Of a stretch of DNA of 64,000 nt, positions 20,641 through 31,507 are shown piece after piece. The stretch's first letter is position 1; every line of letters begins with the position of its first letter. Made by a program: the position numbers and the translations under genes. Source of the stretch: Spirochaetota bacterium (lineage in GTDB: Bacteria; Spirochaetota; Brachyspiria; Brachyspirales; JACRPF01); NCBI GenBank assembly GCA_016214035.1, contig JACRPF010000017.1:23427-87426 (forward strand), read 5' to 3'. The notes beneath the pieces were generated by a model that worked only from the letters and a program-made list of their open reading frames with translations, made no database searches and was not told the origin of the DNA.

Positions 20641-21097
20641 AGCCAAGCTCCTTGAATTCAATCACATACGATCCGTTCTCGAATGTGGCTATAATATACT
20701 CGCCCTTGGTCACCGTTCCGGGATTATACAGTTCAACACCGTCCTTTTTTTTGCAGACCGGCGCATGCGTGTGTCCGAAAAAACCGATAGCGGCATCATG
20801 TTCTTTCACGTGGGAATGCAGGAGATCGAGCGAACTCTTAACACCGTACAGATCACCATGCGTTGCATACACACGGACATCGTGAACCGTAAGCGTGATC
20901 TTCTTTTCACCGGTGGACGCATCGCAATTCCCGTGGACGCAATGAATATCAATTCCGGAGGGTATCGACGCGGCGTGAAGATCTTCAACCGTATCCCCGA
21001 GATGAAGAATGCCGTGAATATCCTGCTCGCGCCCGACGATGCGTTCTACAGCCTCAATATCGTTATGTGTATCGGAGATGACGAGCAGTTTATACAT
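20630..21097 (-). CDS. YfcE-family metallophosphoesterase
   Basis: SDTH, HLGD, VHGNCD, THGD, FGHTH, NPG. Confidence 0.92.
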   Translation of the reverse strand: MYKLLVISDTHNDIEAVERIVGREQDIHGILHLGDTVEDLHAASIPSGIDIHCVHGNCDASTGEKKITLTVHDVRVYATHGDLYGVKSSLDLLHSHVKEHDAAIGFFGHTHAPVCKKKDGVELYNPGTVTKGEYIIATFENGSYVIEFKELGCGA

Positions 21098-21974
21098 GCG
21101 TCCTCCGTTTGAGCGCGGCGGTAAGCGCTTTTCTGGCGACACCAAGCGGCATCGCCTGTTTTGTCCAGAGTTCAAACTGCACGGCTGCCTGATGCAGGAG
21201 CATTTCATACCCGAAAACGACAGCCGCGCGTTTCTCGCGCGCATACTTCAGAAGCTTAGTGTACTGCGGCGTGTAGACAATATCGAACACCGTATGGCGC
21301 GATTCAATAATATCACGCGACAGCGGCGACGCGTCTATTTCGGGATGCATCCCCACGGGAGTCGTATTGATAATAATATCCGCTTCGTGTACCCGGGATG
21401 AAAAATCGCTGCCGTCAAAACTGCAATGCTCTACCGGTTTGCCGGAACGTTTCGTGAGCATACCGGCAAATGCAGCACTTTTTTCAGGAGTTCTTCCCAC
21501 CACAACAAGCCGTACGGGTTTCTCAGTCATCAGCATCGTCATGGCGATGCCGCATGCGCTGCCGCCCGTTCCGAGCACCAAGACCGATGCGTTCTCGACC
21601 GCCGCTTTTTGCTTCAGCGCCCGCAGCGCACCGTATCCGTCGGTATTGTATCCGGTCAGTCTGCCATTATCATTCACGACCGTATTCACCGCCCCCACCG
21701 CTTCCGCCGCGGCATCAATCGCGTCAAGATGCTTCATGACATCCTGCTTGAACGGTATGGTGACTGAAACGCCGCGTATTCCGAGTGCGCGCACGCCTGC
21801 GACAGCATCCTCTATATCGTTTACAAGGAACGGGACATATACGGCGTTGCAGCCGCACGCGGCGAAAGCGCTGTTATGGATGATCGGCGACAGTGAATGC
21901 GAGACCGGATTGCCGATCACTCCGACAACGGCAGTTGCTCCGTTTATGGATTTTTTTTTATCAAGTGCAGACAT
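21090..21974 (-). CDS. aroE: Shikimate dehydrogenase
   Basis: HSLSPIIHN, SVTIPFK, GAVNT, NTDGYG, NTTPVGM, MLLHQA. Confidence 0.95.
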   Translation of the reverse strand: MSALDKKKSINGATAVVGVIGNPVSHSLSPIIHNSAFAACGCNAVYVPFLVNDIEDAVAGVRALGIRGVSVTIPFKQDVMKHLDAIDAAAEAVGAVNTVVNDNGRLTGYNTDGYGALRALKQKAAVENASVLVLGTGGSACGIAMTMLMTEKPVRLVVVGRTPEKSAAFAGMLTKRSGKPVEHCSFDGSDFSSRVHEADIIINTTPVGMHPEIDASPLSRDIIESRHTVFDIVYTPQYTKLLKYAREKRAAVVFGYEMLLHQAAVQFELWTKQAMPLGVARKALTAALKRRTHV

Positions 21975-22054
21975 GGGCTTATTGCTATTGTACGAAAACA
22001 AGGGTAAAATGTCAATGAGCTAAAAAAAGCGTGTAATCGACACGGATATCTGAA

Positions 22055-23005
22055 ATGCAATTACATAAAACGTTCCTGTTACTTCTGCTTGTGATGAACG
22101 CCGCCGCATCACTCACCGCCCGTACCGTATTCGTTCTGCCGTTCGAGAACAAAGAACGCAGCGCAGAGCGGTATAAACTGCCCGAGGCGCTGGCGGTAAC
22201 GTTCGGCGACATGCTCCGCGAGAACGGACGATTCACCGTTTACGACCGCGAACGCATCAAAGCCGCTCTTTTTGAAAAGAAAATACCCCTCAAGTCCGGA
22301 CGCCAGCTCTTTGACCTGCTCTCCGATTCATTCACCGTGGATTATATCTTTTCGGGAGAAGTACGATCGTTTCGCGTTTCGGAACGCATCACCGGCAGAC
22401 AGACAAATACCGTTGCTTCCGTCGAAATAAGCATCAGGGTTATCGATGCGGATTCCGGGCGAACCGTGCAGCAGCTTTCAGCCCGCGCGGAGACGAACGG
22501 CTCCGGTATATTTCATACCGCTGAGGACAGCATGTTCACGTCATCGGCTCCGGGAGTTGCGGTTCGCGAAACATTCCTCAAACTCATCGCCGGTACGGTT
22601 GAAGCGCTTCGATTCCCGCCGCTTGCCGGCACGGTTATCAAGGTTGACGGCAGAAGGATGTATCTCAATATCGGCAAAGACAGCGCCGCGGTCATCGGCG
22701 ATATGTTTGAGTTATTCCGTTATGAAACGAACACCGTGCAGGAAGACAGTACGGTGTCAACGAATGCCCCGATAATTGAAAAAAACAGGCTTTCCACCAA
22801 TACGAATGCGGCATTACTTGAGGCGAAAAAAGAGACGCTGCGCCGTATGCTTAAACCGCCGGCGATGAAAGCGGCGATACTCGGAACGGTTCGTATCGTT
22901 GATATCTACTCGCGTTTTTCCATAGCAGAAACGGTAACGCTCACCGCTCCGCTTCCGGCATCAGGAATGATCTTTGTCAGAGAGCTTCCGCTATCCGCTT
23001 ATTGA
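22055..23005 (+). CDS. Exported CsgG/FlgT-like protein
   Basis: Signal peptide, VFVLPFEN, F-x-V-x-DRE, IRVIDADSG; C-terminal YLNIGKDS...GDMFE (FlgT-C-like). Confidence 0.65.
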   Translation: MQLHKTFLLLLLVMNAAASLTARTVFVLPFENKERSAERYKLPEALAVTFGDMLRENGRFTVYDRERIKAALFEKKIPLKSGRQLFDLLSDSFTVDYIFSGEVRSFRVSERITGRQTNTVASVEISIRVIDADSGRTVQQLSARAETNGSGIFHTAEDSMFTSSAPGVAVRETFLKLIAGTVEALRFPPLAGTVIKVDGRRMYLNIGKDSAAVIGDMFELFRYETNTVQEDSTVSTNAPIIEKNRLSTNTNAALLEAKKETLRRMLKPPAMKAAILGTVRIVDIYSRFSIAETVTLTAPLPASGMIFVRELPLSAY

Positions 23006-23066
23006 ACACCGCAAACAGTGCGTATGCTATATCGAGTATAGTAAAAACGTGTAACGGATAATGTAA

Positions 23067-25754
23067 TCAGAACTGCTGGCTCATGCTCACGACAAACTGC
23101 CAGCCGCGTCCCAGCGGTTCCCAGTTCATCCAGTTGCCGACCATATCACCCAGAAACGCCTTGCCGCCCTTGTCTCCGTCAAAGTCCTTGAACCGGTACC
23201 CGTCGAACACAAAGCGTTTGGCGAGAAAAAATCGTATCGGCAGCATGGGTATCAGCACACGAATGCCGAGGCCCGTGGAATAGATATAATTGCGTGCATC
23301 GAGGATATACCCCGGATTAAAACCGATATCGTTCTGCCAGCCGCTCGCTTTCGCATAGGCGGGATTGAACTCCGGGTGCCAGCCCTTGGGATTATACCAT
23401 GTCTGGCCCATATCAAGGAACGCAACACCGCTGAGCACATTGGGAACGAAGGTATACCGGTATTCAGCGGACAGCCGCAGGCGGCTTCTGCCGAAACTGT
23501 AATAATTCGTGGATGAGTTGGTATTTGTCCCGTCATAGGATGAAGATAGTGTCGTATATCGCTGCAGTCCGTGTTGTGTCTTGAACGCGGTATAGACATC
23601 ACCCGACCAGCCGCGCACATCCTCGAGATAATTGATGAAGAAAAGCGTGCTGCCTTCATTACTCATTGAGCTCGAAAACGGATTATCGAGCAATGCTCCG
23701 TATTCACCGTAAACGACGAATGCACTACCCAACGGCAGCGGCTGTACATATGAGGCGTTCAGCGTTACTTTCGTCAGCGTAGTCTCACCGAAATAGATAT
23801 CGGCGTTGAAACCGGCCATCCATCCGCGTGTTGGATTCAGCGTATTATTCCTGCTGTCTCGCGTTAAATTAAACGTAAGAATAAACGTATTGTACCAGTA
23901 TTTCGAATACCACTCAGTGAACGTCTCCGAATAGTTCGTACCGCCGTCATAACGTTTATACAGATTCCGTTCCGTCAATTTATTGGCGATGTCGATCGGC
24001 AGATACCGCGGCGCGATGCTGTTTGCCCCCATATTTGTTGACTGATAATACGTGGCAATGGAATAACGCCCTGATATCGACGTGAGGAAATAATCCCAGA
24101 AATAGTATCCGAATCTCAGATAAAAATCGAAGCTTCTGGTACCATACTTCGCATAATTAGTGCCGTCATCCAAAAGTGTATCCAACTGCGTCTGATAGTC
24201 GTTATATGATATTTCGCTGGCAAAATAGAACGGCAAGCCGAGCACATACGGCTCAACGAATCCGCCCGACACTCTGCGCGTGAACTGCCCGAATTCGATC
24301 TTGCCGTTCACCGTCTGCCCGTTGCCGAAGAAATTGATCTCGCGAATCTCGAAATTAAGTCCGAAGCCGCTTGCCGTCCCCCAGCTGCCGCCGCCGGACA
24401 CCATACCGGTCTGGCCTTCCTCGATCTTGAAAATGAGCGTCATGAGCCCTTCGGTTGTTCCCGGTTTCGCGTCGAGTGCCACATCCTTGAAAAACTGCGT
24501 ATTGAAAACTTTTTCACGGCTCGCCTGAATTTTCAGCGCATTGAATATTTCGCCTTCCTGAACATCGAGATACCGCCGGATGATGTTTTCTTTCGTCTTG
24601 GTCATACCCTCGATGCGTATGTTCTCGATGTGAGCCTTGTCACCTTCATAAATGTCATATTTGATATTGACAATACGGTTCGAATCATCAACGTCGGTGA
24701 CCGGACGGACACGGCTGAAAATATATCCGCGCTCCGAATATTTCATCTGCAGGAACTGCTGATCCATCGTGGCGATCTCGAAATTGTATGTATCGCCTTT
24801 TTTGGCCTTGAAATCCGAGACGATGGTGTCAAGCGTGATGAGCCTGTTACCCTCCACCGTGATGTCGCCGAACAGATACCTATCACCCTCATAGACATCG
24901 ATATCGATAATCATGTCTTTTGCGGTCTTTTCCTGCGGATTGCGCCAGCGGTAATCGATTCGCACATTGCGGATGCGCGCCTTGTAATACCCGCGCGTCT
25001 TGTACAGCTTGACTATCTTTTCCTTATCGAGTTCAAAACTTGCCTGCTTGAATTTACCCTCGCTGATGAAAAAGAAATCCTCTTTCGTCTCCATCGCGCC
25101 TTTCAGGTCGCCTTCATTGATCTCTTTATTGCCATGAAAGCGTATCGAACGCACCCGGATATCGCGTCCTTCTTCGATGAAAAAGGTGATGCTCACCGAG
25201 CCGGATTTTTCGTCCATGGAAACGTCCGGCCGCACCGTCGCCGAAAGATAGCCGTCATCGTGATAGAGCGCGACAAGCGCATCAACCGCCTCATCAACCC
25301 TGCGCCTGCTGTAGGTTGCGCCGGCTTTGATGCTGTATGTCTCCACCAGCTCTTTGAACTGCTCCGGTGTTTTTTTGTTGTACCCGGAATATTCCACCTT
25401 GACGATAATAGGCCGTTCCTCGACGTTCACCGTGAGCGCAACACCGCCGCTTGAGGTCTGCGCCTCGACGGAAACATTGTCAAAATTACCGGTGGAAAAA
25501 AGATTCTTTATATCATTATCGAGCACGCTGAGCTCAAGTTTCCTGCCCTTGCCGGTGACCATGAGTCCCGTCACGAACGATGTCGATTGCCGTATGTTGC
25601 CTTTAACGGTCACCGATGTTACGGTCAGACCCTCATAAACGGCAGTGTTTTCCGCATCTTTGACGCGATCAGCTGCAAAACTGAACGATGCTGCAAGCGC
25701 ACCGAGCAAAATAAAAAGCGCGCTCACTCGTCGAAGACACATCAGAATCTCCAT
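23067..25754 (-). CDS. bamA: Outer-membrane protein assembly factor BamA
   Basis: Five POTRA-like repeats, EINFFGNGQ, DSRNNTLNPTRG, VRGW motif, terminal Phe. Confidence 0.93.
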   Translation of the reverse strand: MEILMCLRRVSALFILLGALAASFSFAADRVKDAENTAVYEGLTVTSVTVKGNIRQSTSFVTGLMVTGKGRKLELSVLDNDIKNLFSTGNFDNVSVEAQTSSGGVALTVNVEERPIIVKVEYSGYNKKTPEQFKELVETYSIKAGATYSRRRVDEAVDALVALYHDDGYLSATVRPDVSMDEKSGSVSITFFIEEGRDIRVRSIRFHGNKEINEGDLKGAMETKEDFFFISEGKFKQASFELDKEKIVKLYKTRGYYKARIRNVRIDYRWRNPQEKTAKDMIIDIDVYEGDRYLFGDITVEGNRLITLDTIVSDFKAKKGDTYNFEIATMDQQFLQMKYSERGYIFSRVRPVTDVDDSNRIVNIKYDIYEGDKAHIENIRIEGMTKTKENIIRRYLDVQEGEIFNALKIQASREKVFNTQFFKDVALDAKPGTTEGLMTLIFKIEEGQTGMVSGGGSWGTASGFGLNFEIREINFFGNGQTVNGKIEFGQFTRRVSGGFVEPYVLGLPFYFASEISYNDYQTQLDTLLDDGTNYAKYGTRSFDFYLRFGYYFWDYFLTSISGRYSIATYYQSTNMGANSIAPRYLPIDIANKLTERNLYKRYDGGTNYSETFTEWYSKYWYNTFILTFNLTRDSRNNTLNPTRGWMAGFNADIYFGETTLTKVTLNASYVQPLPLGSAFVVYGEYGALLDNPFSSSMSNEGSTLFFINYLEDVRGWSGDVYTAFKTQHGLQRYTTLSSSYDGTNTNSSTNYYSFGRSRLRLSAEYRYTFVPNVLSGVAFLDMGQTWYNPKGWHPEFNPAYAKASGWQNDIGFNPGYILDARNYIYSTGLGIRVLIPMLPIRFFLAKRFVFDGYRFKDFDGDKGGKAFLGDMVGNWMNWEPLGRGWQFVVSMSQQF

Positions 25755-28700
25755 TTCGTGCTTAAATTAACACTGACATTGGTCATATTGAAGGGGTCCA
25801 TTGTATATTCGAAAATCAAATTTGCAAGGTCGGAGAACTGAGCAAGATCGAGTTCCACCGCGAGTTCATGCTGGAATAGTCTGTCATATGTGGTAGAACC
25901 GGGACTTCCCGCAATGGTTAAATTATATTTGATGAAAAAGTCGGGCATGAAATCGACATATTTATTCATGGAAAAATATTTTCCGAGAGAAAACCGTGTA
26001 TCCTGTATGTAATACCCCGGATTTTCCGCAATCATCATCAGATTGGTGGCGCCGAGCAGTGACAGCGACATTTTATTGAATGCACCGGTCTCAATGCCGA
26101 AATAATCCAGCCCCGTGAACCGCCGCAGATTCCGTTCGATGGGCCTGAGGACGCCTTCACGCAGCAGGAGGTCAGCCGGAAGGACATTCGCGAGCGCACC
26201 CATCACCTGGCCGGTCTCACTGCCCGCCGCAATCTCGCTCTTCACCGCCGGAAGGCCCACCAGTTCCCTGACATATTCGTCCTTAAGCGACGGTATCGTA
26301 TAGAACCGTATCGGGAGCGAATCACCTGACACCTGATTTTTTATGATCGCCGACAACCTCGATGAGACCTCGAGATACAGCGTCACATCGAGCGTTTCAT
26401 TCCCCGCTTTGTATTTTTTTCTCGTCCGTCCGCGTCCGGTGATTATCGGATCGAGGCTGTTGACTTCGGGAAACGTCACCGATAGCGTCTCAACCTGGTA
26501 ATTATTATTGAGATAATACGCGACTCCACGCTGCGCCTCAAGGGTGCCGCGGAGCGCGAGCGTGGAATCGATGGAACGGCCGAGGATGCGGAGCGCCGCG
26601 CCGTCTTTCACATACACGTCGCCGGCATACATCGACGAGAAGTGAACGGCGTTACCGCCCTGTACGTTGATATTCCATGCGGCATTTCTGAAAAAATCGC
26701 CGTACCGCGGACGATAATTCTCTTTTGTCTTTTCGAACATGATATCGCTGTTGCGCGTAAGCACATTCCCGCTGATGCGCGGATAGTTGAAGCTGTCATT
26801 GAATTCAAGATCAAAACTCACCGGGCCTTCCACCCGTACAAACCCGAGCTGAGCCAGCGCCGGTAGCGCATAGCGGCCCGCGGTGCTTTCGAGTTTGAGC
26901 TGAAGCCTGTCGATGAAGTTACGCGCGAGAAAAACGGCGCCGGAAACCGTTATTGCACGATCGCCCTCGCGAAGTTCAAACTCGTTGATAAATATCTTTT
27001 TCTTTTCGAAATACACATCAAAGACAGAACCGTTGAAATCCATATTGAACAGATTCAGCCGTATTTTGCCTTTGCTTCGGAACCTGCCGTTGAACTCAAG
27101 ATCGTTGACCGGACCTGTGGCCGTAAGAAACAGCGTATATTTTTCACCCTTCCGTTCGAAGGGATATGCCTCGCCGTCAATGCGCGCGAATAGGACGCGG
27201 TTGACGAACTGCAGGAAGGTGGCGTCAAGCTCATCGGACGTCAGAAGCAGATCGGCATTCCCCGCGCGTATTGTCCCTTTTGCAGCAACATAATCGATGC
27301 CGTCATAAAAATAAGTCACGTTGACGAGCGACCGATCCGGAACATTTGCGTCGCGTTTTACCACACCGCGTAATCCGTGCTTGGTCTCGGAGACGATGGT
27401 CGTAACGCCGCGTTCCTCTTCGATGAATGCGGAGAACGGCGTTATTTTTTTCTTATTGAGCATGATATCGCTGGTAAGCACCGAGGTAATCCGCCGTTTG
27501 CCGCGCTGCTGCGAGGTATATGACAGCTTGCCGTCGATGATACTGAACAGCTCGAAATTCCTGAACTCCGCTTTCAGCTCCTGTTTCTGCGGCGACAGAA
27601 TGGCCCGGTATATCTGTATTATCTGCTCGTTGGGAACAAAGTATCCGCGAGCGCCTGTTTTTTTCACGAGCGCGTCGCTTATCTCAAGCTGCTGCCCGCG
27701 CCATTGGGCACGCCCGGTGATATCATACCGCTCGGCATAAAAATCCGTTCCGAGCAGAGAACATTTCTGAACCAGAACCAGCGGATCCTGCAGCGTTCCG
27801 GAGATGCTAACCTTTGCCTGTACCAAACCTTCAAAATACGGCAGATGAAAGAACTGCCGCGTTGAGATATTATTAATATTCAATTCACCGAGAATATTGT
27901 CCTTATTGAAATCAAGAAAAAAAACCAGCATTCCGTTGGATGATGTATTTGCAAGCGTACCCTCAATTCGCAGCGCCTCGTCCGCATATATCCTGCCCGT
28001 TCCGGTCAACGTATCACCGCCCCAGGCATAGGAGAGCCGATCGATGATAAGACCGTCAGCATAATGGAACCGCGCGAGCACATCGATGGGAGTCTGCCCT
28101 TTGCGGCGCAGATGCGCATCACCGGTGAAGCGCGCCTCGGGTTTTGCCCTGGTGGCAAGCGTGCATGATGCCGACGCCTCGAAATCTTTTGCCAGTGAAA
28201 TAAATCCGGTACGAAGCGCGAGATACACGCCTTCAGGATCCGCTGTGCCGCGGATCGTAATGCTCCCGTTCTGTGCAGACACGAGCACCGTGCGCTGCCT
28301 GCCGCCGGAAACATTCCCCGTGACCGCGGTGCGCATACCGGGCGCATCGATCATGCCGCGTATCGCATAGCCACCGTCCGCGGTGCGCTCAGCCGAACCG
28401 TTCACGCCGATGGACCCTCCGGGAAGTTTCACAGAAAGATACGGCACGGCAATCGTGTTCTTCGAAGCGCTGAACGCGAGCGTCGCATTGGTTACGCCGG
28501 TATATGATTCTCTCACAAATGCCTTCAAGCCGTGCTGCTGTCCAGAACGAAGTGTGTAATCCGCATCAATGAAAAGATCCGAGGCAAATGAACCGGCGCC
28601 GATGTAGGAGGAGAGTAATACCAGCGGCAGACTTCTGAGTGATATCGAAAGTATATTGGTTGATGCCGTGCCGAGATCAAGCACGGCGTCAACACGCATG

Positions 28701-30046
28701 ACATTGCCGTTCGTATCATGGAAGGAAAAAAGCTTCCGCTGTGCATCGTACAGGAAACCGAAATCAGACCGGGCGCTGTAATACGTCCCGTACCGGAGAT
28801 CGAGCACCGACAGGAGATACCCGTCACGCTCCGCGTCGGCATACGGCATGAACAGCACCGAGGCATCAAGACTCGACCCGCCGAGGCGCACACCGTGCAC
28901 CGTAACCGATGCGCGACCGGGAACGAGTCCTTTTGACAGCCGCCATGCGGCCGATGCCCGAAGCCATGCCGCATCATAGGATACGAACAGACGCCCGTCG
29001 ACGGCATCACCATCACCGCCGAGTGCCGCCTGCACGACACTGCGCCTGCTGCGCATATCGAACGAACCTGAAAACCGGGTTACGCCGTTGCTTCGCGATG
29101 CGGTCAGCGACAAAGCGTTGGTCGTGATCGCGTTGATCTCAGTGTCAAACGCCGATGCTATGATATTCACCGCATTCGTATGGAATAACCAGGGCAGCGC
29201 CGCAACTGATATTTTTTTCACCATGGTCGGATTCAGGCGCGTCGACTGGAATGCCGCTGCGCCGGTCTGTGAGCCTAAATCATACGAGAATGATCCGAGA
29301 GTTTCACCGAACTCCGTCATTCCGCCCGAAACCAAGGTGCCGCTGCGCTGTATGGAAAGATACCAGGAAAACATACTGTTACCCGCATCATAGCCGGTGA
29401 ACATGCCGTTGAACGCGGTAAGTGCTGCATCGGCGGCAACGCGAAACGTCAGGCGTGTCTTTTCATCGGGCGAAAAAAATACCGCCGCCAGAAAACCATG
29501 CATCGCCACATGCATATCGATATCGATGTTTGAGACGATGGTCAGCGGAGCACTGCGCCCCGGCACACCAACCGCAATGCTCACATCATGCACCGCAACA
29601 GCTGTACCGAAATAGCGCGCCGCCACATCGGTCATCGACGGAACGGTGAAGTTGCTCACCGCGGAGTTTCCCCCGCCGTAGGATATGACCTGCACGCCGT
29701 ATGCGTCGATCGAGCCGATGATGTATCGGGCATTGAATGTAGTGACCAGTTTCGCATAATCCGGCATGACGCGCAGTTCATTGACGGTGACGAACCGCTC
29801 ATCGCGTTTCTCGGCACGCGCCGCCGACAATCTGCCGATACGCACGCCGTCCCAGAACGAAAAAGTCACCCATGATTTTTTGAGGAGATAACCGGAGCGT
29901 TTTGCCTCGGCCATAAGCGAGCGCACCTGAACATCCACTATCGCGGCCATGACCAGCTGAAAACAGAACAGCAGCATCGCCGCAGTGACCAATGCCGCCA
30001 CGAGTTTGTGTTTGCCGATAAATGTCAGGAATGCCTTCATGATCAC
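25742..30046 (-). CDS. TamB/AsmA-like large periplasm-bridging beta protein
   Basis: 1434 aa, single N-terminal TM, beta-rich; C-terminal G-x-L-x-A-x-RG-x-x-YYLNNNY and DP motifs; immediately upstream of bamA. Confidence 0.75.
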   Translation of the reverse strand: MIMKAFLTFIGKHKLVAALVTAAMLLFCFQLVMAAIVDVQVRSLMAEAKRSGYLLKKSWVTFSFWDGVRIGRLSAARAEKRDERFVTVNELRVMPDYAKLVTTFNARYIIGSIDAYGVQVISYGGGNSAVSNFTVPSMTDVAARYFGTAVAVHDVSIAVGVPGRSAPLTIVSNIDIDMHVAMHGFLAAVFFSPDEKTRLTFRVAADAALTAFNGMFTGYDAGNSMFSWYLSIQRSGTLVSGGMTEFGETLGSFSYDLGSQTGAAAFQSTRLNPTMVKKISVAALPWLFHTNAVNIIASAFDTEINAITTNALSLTASRSNGVTRFSGSFDMRSRRSVVQAALGGDGDAVDGRLFVSYDAAWLRASAAWRLSKGLVPGRASVTVHGVRLGGSSLDASVLFMPYADAERDGYLLSVLDLRYGTYYSARSDFGFLYDAQRKLFSFHDTNGNVMRVDAVLDLGTASTNILSISLRSLPLVLLSSYIGAGSFASDLFIDADYTLRSGQQHGLKAFVRESYTGVTNATLAFSASKNTIAVPYLSVKLPGGSIGVNGSAERTADGGYAIRGMIDAPGMRTAVTGNVSGGRQRTVLVSAQNGSITIRGTADPEGVYLALRTGFISLAKDFEASASCTLATRAKPEARFTGDAHLRRKGQTPIDVLARFHYADGLIIDRLSYAWGGDTLTGTGRIYADEALRIEGTLANTSSNGMLVFFLDFNKDNILGELNINNISTRQFFHLPYFEGLVQAKVSISGTLQDPLVLVQKCSLLGTDFYAERYDITGRAQWRGQQLEISDALVKKTGARGYFVPNEQIIQIYRAILSPQKQELKAEFRNFELFSIIDGKLSYTSQQRGKRRITSVLTSDIMLNKKKITPFSAFIEEERGVTTIVSETKHGLRGVVKRDANVPDRSLVNVTYFYDGIDYVAAKGTIRAGNADLLLTSDELDATFLQFVNRVLFARIDGEAYPFERKGEKYTLFLTATGPVNDLEFNGRFRSKGKIRLNLFNMDFNGSVFDVYFEKKKIFINEFELREGDRAITVSGAVFLARNFIDRLQLKLESTAGRYALPALAQLGFVRVEGPVSFDLEFNDSFNYPRISGNVLTRNSDIMFEKTKENYRPRYGDFFRNAAWNINVQGGNAVHFSSMYAGDVYVKDGAALRILGRSIDSTLALRGTLEAQRGVAYYLNNNYQVETLSVTFPEVNSLDPIITGRGRTRKKYKAGNETLDVTLYLEVSSRLSAIIKNQVSGDSLPIRFYTIPSLKDEYVRELVGLPAVKSEIAAGSETGQVMGALANVLPADLLLREGVLRPIERNLRRFTGLDYFGIETGAFNKMSLSLLGATNLMMIAENPGYYIQDTRFSLGKYFSMNKYVDFMPDFFIKYNLTIAGSPGSTTYDRLFQHELAVELDLAQFSDLANLIFEYTMDPFNMTNVSVNLSTKWRF

Positions 30047-30957
30047 TTCGGCGAAAAGGTAATGGTGATAGTTCCCGTATCGATGCGTTCGGAGCTTATT
30101 GCCGCGAATCGATAGCGGCGCAGCGCCTCAACCGCACTGCGGTCGAATTCATTATACCCGGAACTTTTTACTACTATCGGTGCGTATACCTTGCCGTCGG
30201 GGGATACTTTTATCGAAACAACAACCGTTCCGCCGATGCCGTTCTGCTTGAGCCGTGCGGGATATTCCGGCATCTGCGATGCAACCGGCTTGCCGCGCGA
30301 GGTACCGTCCCATTGTATTGCGGAATCATTTTTATCATCTTTGACGCCGGACTTGCCGCGTCCGTCATCTTTCCCCGGCGCAAAGAGTGACTTATCATCG
30401 CCGCCTCCCCGGAGGAATTCACCGAGCCTGTCCTTCGTTTTTTTTCCCGTACTGCCCGCCGTCCCCGTTCCTGAGCCTGCAGCCGTTCCCGATGCGGTGC
30501 TGCCGCTTTGCCCATCGCCTTCCGAAGCTGTTTTGTCATGCGGTGTGGTCTTCATGACGATATCATCAGGGTTTATCCGCTCAGGTTTACCCGAACCGGC
30601 GGCCGCGGCGTTTCCCGATGATGCGGGGGTCAGCGTCTCGGGAGTAAGTGTTTCCGGCTCAAGCGTCTCGGGCGACGGAATGGCCGGCGTACCGGTTGAT
30701 CGCGCGGTGCTCCGGACCGGAACTGTTGCGCTTCCGCTTCGAGCTGTCACCGGTGATGTATCGGAACGCGGTTTGTAATCGGGGTTTGCGTAGAATTTCA
30801 CATCATCGGCAACGACAATACTTGTCTGTCTGCCGATGGCCGAGGATATATCGTTCCGATAGAAGAGCCCTATCAGTGCGAGAAGTATGACATGAAAAAC
30901 AAACGATACTCCGAACGCAAACGGCAGCGTATCGTCATGCAGAAATAGTTTTCTCAT
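30043..30957 (-). CDS. tonB: TonB-family energy transducer
   Basis: TM with SFVFH motif, Pro/Ser/Gly-rich linker, C-terminal PEYPARLK...GTVVV...SSGYNEFDRSAVEA. Confidence 0.88.
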   Translation of the reverse strand: MRKLFLHDDTLPFAFGVSFVFHVILLALIGLFYRNDISSAIGRQTSIVVADDVKFYANPDYKPRSDTSPVTARSGSATVPVRSTARSTGTPAIPSPETLEPETLTPETLTPASSGNAAAAGSGKPERINPDDIVMKTTPHDKTASEGDGQSGSTASGTAAGSGTGTAGSTGKKTKDRLGEFLRGGGDDKSLFAPGKDDGRGKSGVKDDKNDSAIQWDGTSRGKPVASQMPEYPARLKQNGIGGTVVVSIKVSPDGKVYAPIVVKSSGYNEFDRSAVEALRRYRFAAISSERIDTGTITITFSPK

Positions 30958-31385
30958 CGCCCTCGCTCTTTAGCTTTTGTCGCAAGACTGAGCTTGACGA
31001 ATCCGGCATTCTTCGCCATATCCATAACATCCATAAGCCGGCCATAGGGAATTTTCTCGTCGCCGCGTATGATGATGGGACTTTCCACCCCGCGCTCACC
31101 GGCAAGTGCCCGCATCTTCGCCGCAAGTTCCGAAGGAGTCACGCGCTCCTGATTCAGGTGATATATGCCCTCTTCGCTGATCGTGACGATGATGCCTTCG
31201 TTCTTCACTTTTTCAGCGGTGCCCGTTTTCGGAAGCTGTATCTTTATCTGCGGCGTATTGAGCATCGTGGTGCTCACAAGCAGGAACAGGACCAGATTAA
31301 AAAGGATATCGATCATGTTGGTCATATTGATAAGTGAACCGATGTCGCCGTCGGAACTACTTGAATAACTGCGTTTGAATTTCAT
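30954..31385 (-). CDS. exbD: ExbD/TolR biopolymer transporter
   Basis: INMTNMIDILFNLVLFLLV, IQLP, IIRGD, VMD...AG. Confidence 0.92.
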   Translation of the reverse strand: MKFKRSYSSSSDGDIGSLINMTNMIDILFNLVLFLLVSTTMLNTPQIKIQLPKTGTAEKVKNEGIIVTISEEGIYHLNQERVTPSELAAKMRALAGERGVESPIIIRGDEKIPYGRLMDVMDMAKNAGFVKLSLATKAKERGR

Positions 31386-31507
31386 AATGCCGACCTCAAA
31401 AGAGTGATGTATTCATTATAATTGCCGATTGGAAACTGTCAACCTTGACAATTCGCTTTTTTCGCATACGATACGCCTCACGTCACTTTGAGACAGGAGA
31501 CTATCGT

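Noticed and set aside
30624-30672. 15-bp tandem repeats as a VNTR or CRISPR-like array
   Set aside because: They encode PETL(E/T) x3 in the TonB proline-rich linker.
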